Shown piece by piece: positions 1 through 9,243 of a stretch of DNA of 28,160 nt. Positions within the stretch are counted from its first letter, which is position 1. Each line of letters begins with the position of its first letter. The notes under the pieces are model-generated. The model did no database searches. It saw only the letters and a list, made by a program, of their open reading frames with translations, and was not told where the DNA came from. Where the stretch lies: positions 1 through 28,160 of IMG/VR virus record IMGVR_UViG_3300027770_000207. One strand, 5' to 3'. The translations under genes and the position numbers were made by a program. Origin of the DNA: a virus. Lineage: Duplodnaviria > Caudoviricetes.

Positions 1-91
1 TTCAAGTATCTCAAACACAGGTACATTAACTTTACCTACATCAACAGACACTTTAGTTGGTAGAGCAACAACAGATACATTAACAAATAAA
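1..91 (+). repeat. Internal repeat A of the fibre gene, copy 1 (copy 2 at 1009..1099)
   Basis: Both copies encode SSISNTGTLTLPTSTDTL(V/I)GRATTDTLTNK with mostly synonymous differences. Confidence 0.9.
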
Positions 92-1255
92 TCTATTAAT
101 TTATCAAATAATACAATTACAGGTACTCTTGCTCAATTTAATACGGCCGTATCTGATGCTGACTTTGCTTCATTAGCTGGAACAGAAACTTTAACGAATA
201 AAACTATTAGTGGTTCTTCAAACACTTTAACAAATATTGCTAACTCATCTCTAACAAATTCGAGTTTTACATTAGCAGATGACACATCATCAACAACTAC
301 TATAAGTTTAGGTGAAACACTAAAAATTTCAGGAACATCAAACGAAATAGAAACAGTTATATCAGGCGATACAATTACAATTGGATTACCAAGTAGCGTT
401 ACAATAACAAGTAATTTAATAGTAGGTGGTGATTTAACTGTAAATGGCACTACAACTACAATTAATTCTACAACTTTAACCGTAGATGATAAAAATATAG
501 AGTTAGCTTCAGTTGCAACTCCTACAGATGTGACAGCTGATGGAGCTGGTATTACAATCAAAGGAACAACTGATAAAACATTTAATTGGTTAGATGCCAC
601 AGATTCATTTACATCTTCAGAACATATTGATCTTGCTTCTACTAAAGTTTTCAAAATTAATAATTCAACAGTATTATCATCAACACAAGTTTTAGGAAAA
701 TCTGTTCCTTCAGGAACAATTGTAGGTACAAGTGATAGTCAAACATTAACTACTAAAACAATCAGTGGTTCTGATAACACAATTACTAACATTGCAAATT
801 CATCATTAACAAATTCATCATTTACTATTGTAGATGACAGTTCAACAACATCAACTATTTCTTTAGGTGAGGCTTTATTGTTGGCTGGTGGTACAGGTAT
901 TACTTCTGTTATTTCAGGAGATACTGTAACTTTCAATATAGATAGTACAGTAACAACTTTAACAGGTACACAAACATTAACAAATAAAACATTAACAACA
1001 CCAATTATTTCAAGTATCTCAAACACAGGTACACTAACATTACCAACTTCGACAGATACTTTAATTGGCAGAGCAACAACAGATACATTAACAAATAAAA
1101 CATTTACATCTCCTAAAATTAATGAAGATGTAGCCGTAACAGCAACAGCAACAGAATTAAACTATACAGATGGTGTAACATCAGCTATTCAAACACAATT
1201 AGACGCTAGGGCATCAAAAGCTTTTGCCATAGCACAGGCCGTTGCTCTTGGTTAA
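2..1255 (+). CDS. Tail fibre / virion structural protein with Thr/Ser/Asn-rich repeats (5'-truncated)
   Basis: The frame is open from base 2 (SSISNTGTLTLPTSTDTLVGRATTDTLTNK...) into the tracked ORF 530..1255, so 530 is not the true start. Recurrent TLTNKT motifs, C-terminus AFAIAQAVALG, directly upstream of gp13. Confidence 0.75.
   Translation, partial: SSISNTGTLTLPTSTDTLVGRATTDTLTNKSINLSNNTITGTLAQFNTAVSDADFASLAGTETLTNKTISGSSNTLTNIANSSLTNSSFTLADDTSSTTTISLGETLKISGTSNEIETVISGDTITIGLPSSVTITSNLIVGGDLTVNGTTTTINSTTLTVDDKNIELASVATPTDVTADGAGITIKGTTDKTFNWLDATDSFTSSEHIDLASTKVFKINNSTVLSSTQVLGKSVPSGTIVGTSDSQTLTTKTISGSDNTITNIANSSLTNSSFTIVDDSSTTSTISLGEALLLAGGTGITSVISGDTVTFNIDSTVTTLTGTQTLTNKTLTTPIISSISNTGTLTLPTSTDTLIGRATTDTLTNKTFTSPKINEDVAVTATATELNYTDGVTSAIQTQLDARASKAFAIAQAVALG
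188..316 (+). repeat. Internal repeat B of the fibre gene, copy 1 (copy 2 at 743..871)
   Basis: TLTNKTISGSSNTLTNIANSSLTNSSFTLADDTSSTTTISLGE versus TLTTKTISGSDNTITNIANSSLTNSSFTIVDDSSTTSTISLGE. Confidence 0.85.
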
Positions 1256-1261
1256 TACTAT

Positions 1262-1269
1262 TATAAATA
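1262..1269 (+). promoter_or_regulatory. T4-type late (gp55) promoter
   Basis: Exact TATAAATA in the intergenic gap before gp13. Confidence 0.8.
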
Positions 1270-1297
1270 TAGTAAATAAGACTAAAAAAGGTATGAA

Positions 1298-2110
1298 ATG
1301 GCAACACCATCAACACGAGAAACACTAAAACAATACGCTTTACGTTCATTAGGTAAACCAGTTATTGAAATAAATGTGGACAACGATCAAGTCGAAGATC
1401 GTATAGATGAGGCCTTACAATATTACGTTCAATACCATTATGACGGTATAAGAAGAACATACCTTAAATACAAGTTAACACCAGAAGATAAAACAAGACT
1501 TAAATCTCCAGTTCCATTTTCTGAATCTGTTACACAAGATGCTGTTACGACAACTTGGTATGAAGCTAATAATTACCTTGTATGTCCTGAATCAGTAGTT
1601 TCGGTTATCAATATATTTCCATTTTCAGACAAAGCTAATATGAATATGTTTGACGTAAGATACCAATTACGTTTAAACGATTTATATGACTTTGCTTCAA
1701 CATCAATCATTAACTATGATATGGTGTTAAGACATTTAGATTTCTTAGATCAAATTTTAGTAGGTATGAAACCTATACGTTATCAACAACACGATAATAG
1801 ATTATATGTTGATATGGACTGGACAAATGATTTACAAGAAAATGAATATTTAATTATTGAATGTTATCGTAAATTAGATCCTGATTCTTTTCCAAATGTG
1901 TATAATGATATTTGGTTAAAAAGATATGTTACGTCTCAAATAAAAAGACAATGGGGTTCCAACCTTAGTAAATTTAATGGTGTTACAATGATAGGTGGAG
2001 TTACATTAAATGGAGAAAAATTATTTACAGAAGCTCAAACTGAAATAGAAAAACTAGAAAAAGAAATAAGAGACTCTTACGAAATAAGTCCAACTTTTAT
2101 GATGGGGTAA
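1298..2110 (+). CDS. gp13: Neck protein gp13
   Basis: N-terminus LKQYALRSLGKPVIEINV and C-terminal KRQWGSNLSKF..GGVTLNG are typical of T4-like gp13. Synteny gp13-14-15. Confidence 0.92.
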   Translation: MATPSTRETLKQYALRSLGKPVIEINVDNDQVEDRIDEALQYYVQYHYDGIRRTYLKYKLTPEDKTRLKSPVPFSESVTQDAVTTTWYEANNYLVCPESVVSVINIFPFSDKANMNMFDVRYQLRLNDLYDFASTSIINYDMVLRHLDFLDQILVGMKPIRYQQHDNRLYVDMDWTNDLQENEYLIIECYRKLDPDSFPNVYNDIWLKRYVTSQIKRQWGSNLSKFNGVTMIGGVTLNGEKLFTEAQTEIEKLEKEIRDSYEISPTFMMG

Positions 2111-2113
2111 TGT

Positions 2114-2905
2114 ATGCCAGTAAATCATTATTTCCAGGAAGGCAATGGTATAGGAAATCGTGCTGAACAAACACTACACGAAGATTTAATTATAGAAGGC
2201 CTACGTATGTATGGCCACGATGTCTATTATTTACCACGAACACTTGTTAATAAAGATATTATATTAGGTGAAGATGTAGCAAGTAAATTTAATGCTGCTT
2301 TTCCAATTGAAGCATATTTTGAAACATCAGAAGGTTTTGCTGGCCAACAAGAAATAATTAATAAATTTGGTTTAGAAATACGTGAAGATACTACCTTTAT
2401 GATTTCTAAAAGAAGATTTGGCGATTTAGTAAATTCTCGTACAGTATTAATTAAAGAAGGCCGACCAAACGAAGGCGATATACTTTATCTACCTTTAATG
2501 AATAGTTTTTTTGAAATACAGTTTGTAGAAGATCAACAACCATTTTTTCAATTAGGAAATCTACCAGTTTATAAATTAAGAGTCACACGTTGGGAATACA
2601 GTTCAGAAGAATTAAATACAGGTGTTGATGAAATAGATGAAAAAGAGGACGTTTATTCTTTAAGTCAATTAGCTTTCCAAGTTTCATTAGAAAACGAATC
2701 AGGTTCTATGCTGTTAGAAGATGACAGTGTTGATAATGTAACTCAATATATTTTATTAGAAACTTATAGTTTACAAACACAATCAACTTACGCTGCTAAT
2801 AATGATTTAGATAATGAAGCAGGATTTGATACAGCATCAACAGCAGATGATATATTAGATTTTAGTGAAGCAAATCCATTTGGAGATCCAGGAGATTACT
2901 CATAA
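2114..2905 (+). CDS. gp14: Neck protein / head closure gp14
   Basis: GHDVYYLPR, KFGLEIRED, RPNEGD..Y.P, PFFQLG and terminal DFSEANPFG motifs. Confidence 0.92.
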   Translation: MPVNHYFQEGNGIGNRAEQTLHEDLIIEGLRMYGHDVYYLPRTLVNKDIILGEDVASKFNAAFPIEAYFETSEGFAGQQEIINKFGLEIREDTTFMISKRRFGDLVNSRTVLIKEGRPNEGDILYLPLMNSFFEIQFVEDQQPFFQLGNLPVYKLRVTRWEYSSEELNTGVDEIDEKEDVYSLSQLAFQVSLENESGSMLLEDDSVDNVTQYILLETYSLQTQSTYAANNDLDNEAGFDTASTADDILDFSEANPFGDPGDYS

Positions 2906-3708
2906 TGTTTAACGATTATTTCTATAACGAAGGCCTAAGAAAACTTACTGTAGCTTTTGGTACAATTTTTAACAATATACAAGTTAAAAAGGCCGACGCT
3001 AATGGTACATCAATTCAAAGCATACGTGTTCCTTTAGCATACGGACCAAAAGAAAAGTTTATGGTTCGTTTGGATCAACAGGCCAGTTTAGATAGTAGAG
3101 AGTTTGCTGTAGTTTTACCACGTATGAGTTTTGAAATATCAGGTATTGCTTATGACGCTACAAGAAAATTAACAAGAGTGCAAAAATATAAAACAGTTAA
3201 AACAGGTACAACGAATATATTAAATACAAACTACACACCAGTACCTTATAATATAAATTACACATTAAATATATTTACAGCAACGGCTGAAAATGGCCTA
3301 CAAATTGTAGAACAAATATTACCTTATTTTCAACCAGATTATACAATTACCTTAAATATATTAACCAATATGAACATTAAAAGAGATGTGCCGATTATAT
3401 TGAACACTGTAAATTATGAAGATAGTTATAATGGTGACTTTACAACACGTAGAGCTGTCATTTATACATTAAGTTTTACTGCTAAAACATATCTATATGG
3501 GCCAGCAGGTACACAAAAGGTTATCCGTACTGTGCAATCAGACATTTATACAAATACGAATATTACTGAAAAAGCAAGAGAAGAAAGAATTACTATAACT
3601 CCAAATCCAGCAGGTGCTGATGCCAATGATGATTTTGGATTTACAACGACTATACAAAACTTTACAGATGGTAGAGTTTATAGTAAAACAACAGACACGG
3701 ATGAATAA
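2905..3708 (+). CDS. gp15: Tail sheath stabiliser / tail terminator gp15
   Basis: AFGTIFNNI, VPLAYGPKEKF, LPRMSFE, QIVEQILPYFQP, FTAKTYLYGP. Confidence 0.93.
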   Translation: MFNDYFYNEGLRKLTVAFGTIFNNIQVKKADANGTSIQSIRVPLAYGPKEKFMVRLDQQASLDSREFAVVLPRMSFEISGIAYDATRKLTRVQKYKTVKTGTTNILNTNYTPVPYNINYTLNIFTATAENGLQIVEQILPYFQPDYTITLNILTNMNIKRDVPIILNTVNYEDSYNGDFTTRRAVIYTLSFTAKTYLYGPAGTQKVIRTVQSDIYTNTNITEKAREERITITPNPAGADANDDFGFTTTIQNFTDGRVYSKTTDTDE

Positions 3709-3711
3709 ATA
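3704..3711 (+). promoter_or_regulatory. Late promoter variant AATAAATA
   Basis: One mismatch to TATAAATA. Five nt separate it from ATG 3717, with no Shine-Dalgarno (SD). Confidence 0.55.
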
Positions 3712-3716
3712 TAGAT

Positions 3717-5114
3717 ATGCCATTTAATAAGATAGGTACAAAAGGTATTACGGACGGCTCAATAGCTACGGCTGAGTTTGCTGATGGTATAGTTACAAGT
3801 GCTAAATTACAAAATAGTGCTGTTACAAACGTTAAATTAACAAACACAACAGTTTCAGTATCAGGCACTTCTATAACATTAGGAAGTTCTGCTACATTTA
3901 ATAATAAATTTGTGGATTGGCAATCAGTTATCGTTGCTGACGGTTCAACAGGTACAACAGGTGTTTCTGGCCGTGGTTATTTTATTAATACAACTTCAGC
4001 GGCTCATACGTTTACACTACCTGTATCGGCAACAAGAGGTGATAATATATCAATCAAAGATTATGCCGGTACTTTTGCTACTTACAATTTAACAATTGCT
4101 CGTAATGGCCATAACATTCAAGGCGTAGCCAATAATTCTTTAATTTCTACGAATAGGGCCAGTGTTGTATTAGTTTATGTTGATGTAACTCGTGGATGGG
4201 AATTTGTGGAAGAATCTAATGTGGCAAATTTAGGTCAGGCGTTATTTACTTCAGCAACAGGCGGTACAGTAACAACTTCAGGTAATTTTAAGATTCATAC
4301 ATTCACGGGTGATGGAACTTTTGTTGTTTCTCAATTAGGTAATAGTCCTGTGGCACCTACAGGTGGGCCAGCTAATGTAGATTATTTGGTTGTGGCAGGA
4401 GGAGGAGCAGGTCAAAGTTATGCAGGTGGAGGTGGTGCTGGTGGTTATCGTACAACTTTTCCAAGTCCAGGTTGTAATGCAGGATCTTTTCCAATAACAG
4501 CAATAACATATCCAATTACAGTAGGTGGTGGAGGTAGTGCTCCTGGTTCTTTTTCAGCAAATGCTGGTAGTCCTTCAATATTTTCAACTATTACATCTGC
4601 TGGAGGGGGTAGGGGTGGTGGTGCTCCTGATCCTTGCGGTAATGGTGGTTCAGGTGGAGGAGGGGGATCTTCTGCTTATCCTCAAACAGCAGGAACTGGA
4701 AATACTCCGCCTGTAAGTCCTCCACAAGGAAATCCAGGAGGAGCAGGATCTACATCTCCTAATGGAGGTGCTGGTGGTGGAGGAGGTGGAGCAGCATCAT
4801 CAGGATCTGCTGCTTCAGGTTTAAATGGAGGTAACGGTGGATCAGGTTCTACAAATAGTATTTCAGGTAGTCCGGTTGCTTACGCTGGAGGTGGAGGCGG
4901 AGCTCCACAAGGATCTCCTTCTCCAGGAGGAACTCCAGGAACAGGTGGAACTGGTGGGGGAGGGACAGGTGGTCCTCCAGGCGGCAATCAAGGAACGGCA
5001 GGTACATCTAATACAGGAGGAGGTGGAGGAGCTTCTAGTTATGGACCATCAAGTTATCCTGCTGGAGGTGCTGGCGGTAAAGGCATAGTGATAATACGAT
5101 ACAAATTTCAATAA
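3717..5114 (+). CDS. Glycine/proline-rich fibre- or adhesin-like protein (paralog A)
   Basis: Fibre-like N-terminus, middle domain (GRGYFINTTSAAHTFTLP..DYAGTF..GW), then YLVVAGGG..GGGGAGG..GNTPPVSPPQGNPGG..YAGGGGG..NTGGGGG..GGKGIVIIRYKFQ glycine-rich domain. Lies in the late structural cluster. Confidence 0.75.
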   Translation: MPFNKIGTKGITDGSIATAEFADGIVTSAKLQNSAVTNVKLTNTTVSVSGTSITLGSSATFNNKFVDWQSVIVADGSTGTTGVSGRGYFINTTSAAHTFTLPVSATRGDNISIKDYAGTFATYNLTIARNGHNIQGVANNSLISTNRASVVLVYVDVTRGWEFVEESNVANLGQALFTSATGGTVTTSGNFKIHTFTGDGTFVVSQLGNSPVAPTGGPANVDYLVVAGGGAGQSYAGGGGAGGYRTTFPSPGCNAGSFPITAITYPITVGGGGSAPGSFSANAGSPSIFSTITSAGGGRGGGAPDPCGNGGSGGGGGSSAYPQTAGTGNTPPVSPPQGNPGGAGSTSPNGGAGGGGGGAASSGSAASGLNGGNGGSGSTNSISGSPVAYAGGGGGAPQGSPSPGGTPGTGGTGGGGTGGPPGGNQGTAGTSNTGGGGGASSYGPSSYPAGGAGGKGIVIIRYKFQ

Positions 5115-5122
5115 ATATTAAT

Positions 5123-5130
5123 TATAAATA
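5123..5130 (+). promoter_or_regulatory. T4-type late promoter
   Basis: Exact TATAAATA between the two Gly-rich genes. Confidence 0.8.
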
Positions 5131-5148
5131 GAAGAAAGATTTTAGAAT

Positions 5149-6561
5149 ATGGCAATTTCAAAAATAGGTTCAAAAGCATTAGTAGATTGCTCAGTAGCAG
5201 CAGTAGATATTGCTGACAACTCTATAACGGCCGCTAAACTGGCCGGTTCTATAGCAAATGCTAAATTAGCCAATTCATCAGTAACAATTAATAGCACTTC
5301 GGTTTCATTAGGTGGTTCAGCAAACATCAACGCTTTAGATTGGCAATCAGTCATAGTGGCAGATGGTTCAACAGGTACTACTGGCGTGGCCGGTAGAGGT
5401 TATTTTATCAACACTACATCAGCAGCTCACACATTTACTTTGCCAGTATCAGCAACAAGAGGCGATACAATAGCAATCAAAGATTACGCTGGCACTTTTG
5501 CTACTTTTAATTTAACGATAGGTAGAAATGGTCATAACATTCAAGGTGTAGCAAACAACAGTTTAATTTCTACGAATAGAGCTTCGGTTGTTTTAGTTTA
5601 TGTTGATGTTACTCGTGGATGGGAATACGTTACTGAGTCAAATGTGGCCGATTTACAAGTTGTTCAATATGTGGCCGCTACAGGTGGTACAGTAACAACT
5701 TCAGGTTCTTTTAAAATTCATACATTTACAGGTGATAGTACTTTTGTTGTTTCTTGTGCTGGTAATCCTGCAGGTTCTTATCGAGTAGATTATTTAGTTG
5801 TAGCGGGTGGAGCTGGAGGAGGAGGTTCCAATTGTACTGGAGCCGGAGGGGGTGGAGCTGGTGGTTATCGTACAACTTTTCCAAGTCCAGGATGTAATGC
5901 TGGATCTTTTCCTGTAACAGCAACAACTTATCCAATTACAGTAGGAGCTGGAGGCTCTCAAGGTACTATAACTCCTTCGCCAAGTTCAGCAACAAATGGT
6001 GGCGCAGGAAGCAATTCAGTATTTTCAACAATTACTTCAACAGGTGGAGGCGGCGGAGCAAATTATGGTAACTCTCCCGCAGCAGGTTCTGGAGGTTCAG
6101 GAGGTGGATCAAGTTATGCAGGCACTAGAGGAACAGGTAATACTCCGCCAGTAAGTCCTCCGCAAGGAAATCCAGGAGGAGTCGGTGGAACATCCTCACC
6201 AGCTCAAGGAGGAGGAGGTGGTGGTGGAGCAGGATCAGCAGGTTTTGATGCTCCTAATTGTTCTTCAGCAGGCGCTGGAGGAAATGGTTCAACAAATAGT
6301 ATATCAGGTACTCCTACAACTTATGCAGGTGGAGGTGGAGGTGGATTTTATCAAGGACCGTCATCAACAGGAGGAGCAGGAGGGCCAGGTGGTGGAGGCA
6401 GAGGATATGGAGCTAATTTTGGATCTGGTTGTAGTGGAGCAGCTAACACTGGAGGAGGTGGAGGAGGTGGAGGAAGATATGGAAGTCCATTACCAGCATC
6501 TGCAGGATGGGGTGGTAATGGTGGTAAAGGTATAATTATAATAAGATACAAATTCCAATAA
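5149..6561 (+). CDS. Glycine/proline-rich fibre- or adhesin-like protein (paralog B)
   Basis: Same architecture as 3717..5114, with a near-identical middle domain and the same IIRYKFQ end. Confidence 0.75.
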   Translation: MAISKIGSKALVDCSVAAVDIADNSITAAKLAGSIANAKLANSSVTINSTSVSLGGSANINALDWQSVIVADGSTGTTGVAGRGYFINTTSAAHTFTLPVSATRGDTIAIKDYAGTFATFNLTIGRNGHNIQGVANNSLISTNRASVVLVYVDVTRGWEYVTESNVADLQVVQYVAATGGTVTTSGSFKIHTFTGDSTFVVSCAGNPAGSYRVDYLVVAGGAGGGGSNCTGAGGGGAGGYRTTFPSPGCNAGSFPVTATTYPITVGAGGSQGTITPSPSSATNGGAGSNSVFSTITSTGGGGGANYGNSPAAGSGGSGGGSSYAGTRGTGNTPPVSPPQGNPGGVGGTSSPAQGGGGGGGAGSAGFDAPNCSSAGAGGNGSTNSISGTPTTYAGGGGGGFYQGPSSTGGAGGPGGGGRGYGANFGSGCSGAANTGGGGGGGGRYGSPLPASAGWGGNGGKGIIIIRYKFQ

Positions 6562-6571
6562 GAAAAATCGC

Positions 6572-6600
6572 TTTACAAAAGCTTATAAATATGTTATATT
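6572..6600 (+). promoter_or_regulatory. Nested promoter: sigma70-type TTTACA-17bp-TATATT containing late TATAAATA
   Basis: TTTACA 6572-6577, extended -10 TG at 6592-6593, TATATT 6595-6600. TATAAATA at 6584-6591 lies in the spacer. Confidence 0.7.
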
Positions 6601-6620
6601 AATGAAATAGAAATTACATA

Positions 6621-7286
6621 ATGAATCTAAAAAACTACTACTACTATTTTCAATCAGCGTTGTCACCAAAATTGTGTGATGACATTCTCAATTACGGTAA
6701 AAAACATCAAGCCGAAATGGCCGTTACAGGTGGTGTTGAAAATATTATTAAAACAAAAGGTAAGTTAGATAAAAAAGACGTAAAGAATATTCAAAAGAAA
6801 AGAAAATCCGATATTGTTTGGATGAATGATCGTTGGATCTATAAAGAGATTCAACCTTATATTCACGATGCAAATAGATTAGCAGGTTGGAACTTTGATT
6901 GGGATTGGACTGAATCATCTCAATTTACAAAATATGGAATTGGCCAATATTATGGCTGGCATTGTGATAGTTGGGATCAACCTTATCAACGACCTCAAAA
7001 TGCAGATGGCACTTGGCCACCAGATCACGGTAAAATAAGAAAATTATCAGTAACAGTTTCTTTAGTTGACCCATCGGAATATGTTGGAGGAAATTTAGAA
7101 TTTGATTTTAGAAATTCAATGGATACAGAATGGACAAAAGGCAAGACTACAAAAGAGTGTATTGAAATACGACCTCGTGGTTCTATAATTGTTTTTCCAA
7201 GTTTTGTATGGCATCGTGTAACACCAGTAACAAAAGGAACTAGATATTCTTTAGTAATGTGGAATCTAGGATATCCGTTTAGATAA
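6621..7286 (+). CDS. 2OG-Fe(II) oxygenase (PKHD/prolyl-hydroxylase-like)
   Basis: WHCD (HxD), RKLS, YVGGNLEF, FPSFVWHRVTPVTKGTRYSLV. Confidence 0.88.
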   Translation: MNLKNYYYYFQSALSPKLCDDILNYGKKHQAEMAVTGGVENIIKTKGKLDKKDVKNIQKKRKSDIVWMNDRWIYKEIQPYIHDANRLAGWNFDWDWTESSQFTKYGIGQYYGWHCDSWDQPYQRPQNADGTWPPDHGKIRKLSVTVSLVDPSEYVGGNLEFDFRNSMDTEWTKGKTTKECIEIRPRGSIIVFPSFVWHRVTPVTKGTRYSLVMWNLGYPFR

Positions 7287-7298
7287 TAGGAGTATATT

Positions 7299-8000
7299 AT
7301 GGCAATAGTAACAAATGGTAATGATTTAAGAACAGATGTGTATTTTGGCTGCCCAATTTATGTAATTGATAAACCTGAATGGTTAAATTCAACAAACAAA
7401 GTTTGTGATCGATATATAAAAGAGGCCTACGATAGAGAAAAACCTAAAATGAAAGAAAGAGAAAAGTTTTTAGGTAAAAAAGATTTTGCTAAAGTGAAAG
7501 ACCACGGTATGTCTTATCATTCTGGCCCACTTCAAAACGATCCAGGCCTAAAAGATATACAAGACTATATTGGTAATACAGCTTGGAATATAATGGACGG
7601 CCAAGGTTTTGATATGAAACAATATACAATGTTCTTTACTGAATTTTGGGTACAAGAGTTTTCTAAAAATGGTGGTGGCCATCACGACACACATATTCAT
7701 TGGGATAACCATATATCAGGATTTTATTTTCTAAAGTGTTCTGAAAAAACATCTTTTCCATTATTTCACGATCCAAGACCAGGAGCTTTGATGACTAAAC
7801 TACCATTAAAAGATAAATCACAAGTGTCTTTTGGCCAAGATATAGTGAATTATAGGCCGAAACCTGGTACAATGATATTTTTTAATTCATATATGCCACA
7901 TCAATATGCCGTTGATGATGGTGTAGAACCATTTAGGTTTATACATTTTAACATACAGGCAGTAAGAAATATGATAATAGAAGGAGTAAAAAGATTATGA
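7299..8000 (+). CDS. Putative 2OG-Fe(II) oxygenase (TIGR02466-like)
   Basis: W..HDTHIH..ISGFYFL..F.DPRPG..PKPGTMIFFNSYMPH..FN pattern. SD AGGAG upstream. Confidence 0.78.
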   Translation: MAIVTNGNDLRTDVYFGCPIYVIDKPEWLNSTNKVCDRYIKEAYDREKPKMKEREKFLGKKDFAKVKDHGMSYHSGPLQNDPGLKDIQDYIGNTAWNIMDGQGFDMKQYTMFFTEFWVQEFSKNGGGHHDTHIHWDNHISGFYFLKCSEKTSFPLFHDPRPGALMTKLPLKDKSQVSFGQDIVNYRPKPGTMIFFNSYMPHQYAVDDGVEPFRFIHFNIQAVRNMIIEGVKRL

Positions 8001-8659
8001 GTTTTGAAAAGAATAACTATCTAGTGATAAAAGAAGCCATTGAACCAAAGGTGGCTGAATTTGTTTATAACTATTTTTTAATGAAAAGACAAGTAGCAAG
8101 AACATTTTTTGATACAAGATTTATTTCTCCGTTCACTACTGAATGGGGTGTATGGAATGATGAACAAGTACCAAATACATATTCACATTATGGTGATGTT
8201 GCTATGGAAACTTTATTATTGGCTGTTCAGCCAAAGATGGAAAAATTAACAAAAATTAAATTGATACCAACATATGCTTATGCTCGTATCTATAAAAAAG
8301 GTGATATACTTCATAGACACAAAGACCGTTTTAGTTGTGAAATATCTACAACATTAAATCTAGGTGGCGATGAATGGCCTATCTATATTGAAAAAGATCC
8401 TAAAAAAGGTGGATTAAAAGATGGTAAATATGTTACTGAACATACAAAAGGTGTTAAAGTAATTCTAAAACCTGGTGATATGCTTGTTTATAAAGGTAAT
8501 CTTTGTGAACACTGGAGAGATGCTTTTGAAGGCAAAGATTGTGGTCAAGTATTTTTACATTACAATAATGAAGCAACAAAAGGTTCGAGTGATAACATCT
8601 TTGATGGCCGTCCTCATTTAGGATTACCAAGTTGGTTCAAAGGATCTAAGCTGAAGTAG
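7997..8659 (+). CDS. Putative 2OG-Fe(II) oxygenase-fold protein
   Basis: YARIY..GD.L.RHKDR.SCEISTTLNL, LKPGDMLVYKG..EHWR, QVFLHY. ATGA overlap with the upstream gene. Confidence 0.75.
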   Translation: MSFEKNNYLVIKEAIEPKVAEFVYNYFLMKRQVARTFFDTRFISPFTTEWGVWNDEQVPNTYSHYGDVAMETLLLAVQPKMEKLTKIKLIPTYAYARIYKKGDILHRHKDRFSCEISTTLNLGGDEWPIYIEKDPKKGGLKDGKYVTEHTKGVKVILKPGDMLVYKGNLCEHWRDAFEGKDCGQVFLHYNNEATKGSSDNIFDGRPHLGLPSWFKGSKLK

Positions 8660-8669
8660 TTTATGATAT

Positions 8670-9239
8670 ATGAAACTACCTATTGTAATTGATAACATTA
8701 TAGAAAAGAATCTACAAGAAAAAATTAAACTTACTCTTTTAAGTGATAACTTTAATTGGTTTTTTATATCTGATGTTACACACGCTTCTGAGAACAAACA
8801 ACAACGACCTGGCTTTCAACATAGATTTGTAATCAACGAAAAGATTAATAGTGACTACCACAATTTGGTTTTACCTATTATACAAAATAGTTGCAAACAT
8901 ATTCAATACGATTATAAAAAAATAATACAAGGCCGTTCTTTTTTACAATTGCCTTTAAGTCTTAAAAATAAAAAAATAGATACGCCTCATATAGACCTGT
9001 TTGACAAACATTTAGTTATATTGTATTATGTTACAGATGCTGATGGAGATACTGTTATCTATAAAAACAAATATAGTAAAAAAGATCCAATACCTTTCTT
9101 TGATGATTTACAAGAATCAAAAAGAGTTACTCCTAAACAAGGTAGAGTAGTATTATTTGATGGTTCTCACTGGCATACGTCTTGTCAACCTAAAGAAAAG
9201 ATCAGATGTATAATCAACTATAATGTAGTTGATAAATAG
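8670..9239 (+). CDS. Putative 2OG-Fe(II) oxygenase
   Basis: PHID, LYYV.DADGDT, PKQGRVVLFDG..WHTS..P..R.IINYN. Confidence 0.8.
   Translation: MKLPIVIDNIIEKNLQEKIKLTLLSDNFNWFFISDVTHASENKQQRPGFQHRFVINEKINSDYHNLVLPIIQNSCKHIQYDYKKIIQGRSFLQLPLSLKNKKIDTPHIDLFDKHLVILYYVTDADGDTVIYKNKYSKKDPIPFFDDLQESKRVTPKQGRVVLFDGSHWHTSCQPKEKIRCIINYNVVDK
9231..9238 (+). promoter_or_regulatory. Late promoter variant GATAAATA
   Basis: One mismatch to consensus, 5 nt before ATG 9244 of gp16. Confidence 0.55.
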
Positions 9240-9243
9240 TAAT

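Noticed and set aside
133-1026. Minus-strand ORFs 133..654 and 739..1026
   Set aside because: Antisense shadows of the Thr/Ser-rich fibre gene; Val-rich, with no SD or motifs.
4390-6530. GGA/GGT runs as a CRISPR array, microsatellite or collagen
   Set aside because: No fixed repeat-spacer periodicity. They are Gly codons in poly-Gly runs, not sustained Gly-X-Y.
3538-6551. Alternative-frame and antisense ORFs over gp15 and the Gly-rich genes (e.g. 4525..4716, 4825..5088, 6185..6535, 6351..6551)
   Set aside because: By-products of GGA/GGT codon runs (poly-Glu/Val or poly-Pro reads) nested in clear genes.
3717-6561. Paralog pair as a diversity-generating retroelement template/variable repeat
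   Set aside because: No reverse transcriptase in the window, differences are not adenine-specific, and both copies are full genes.
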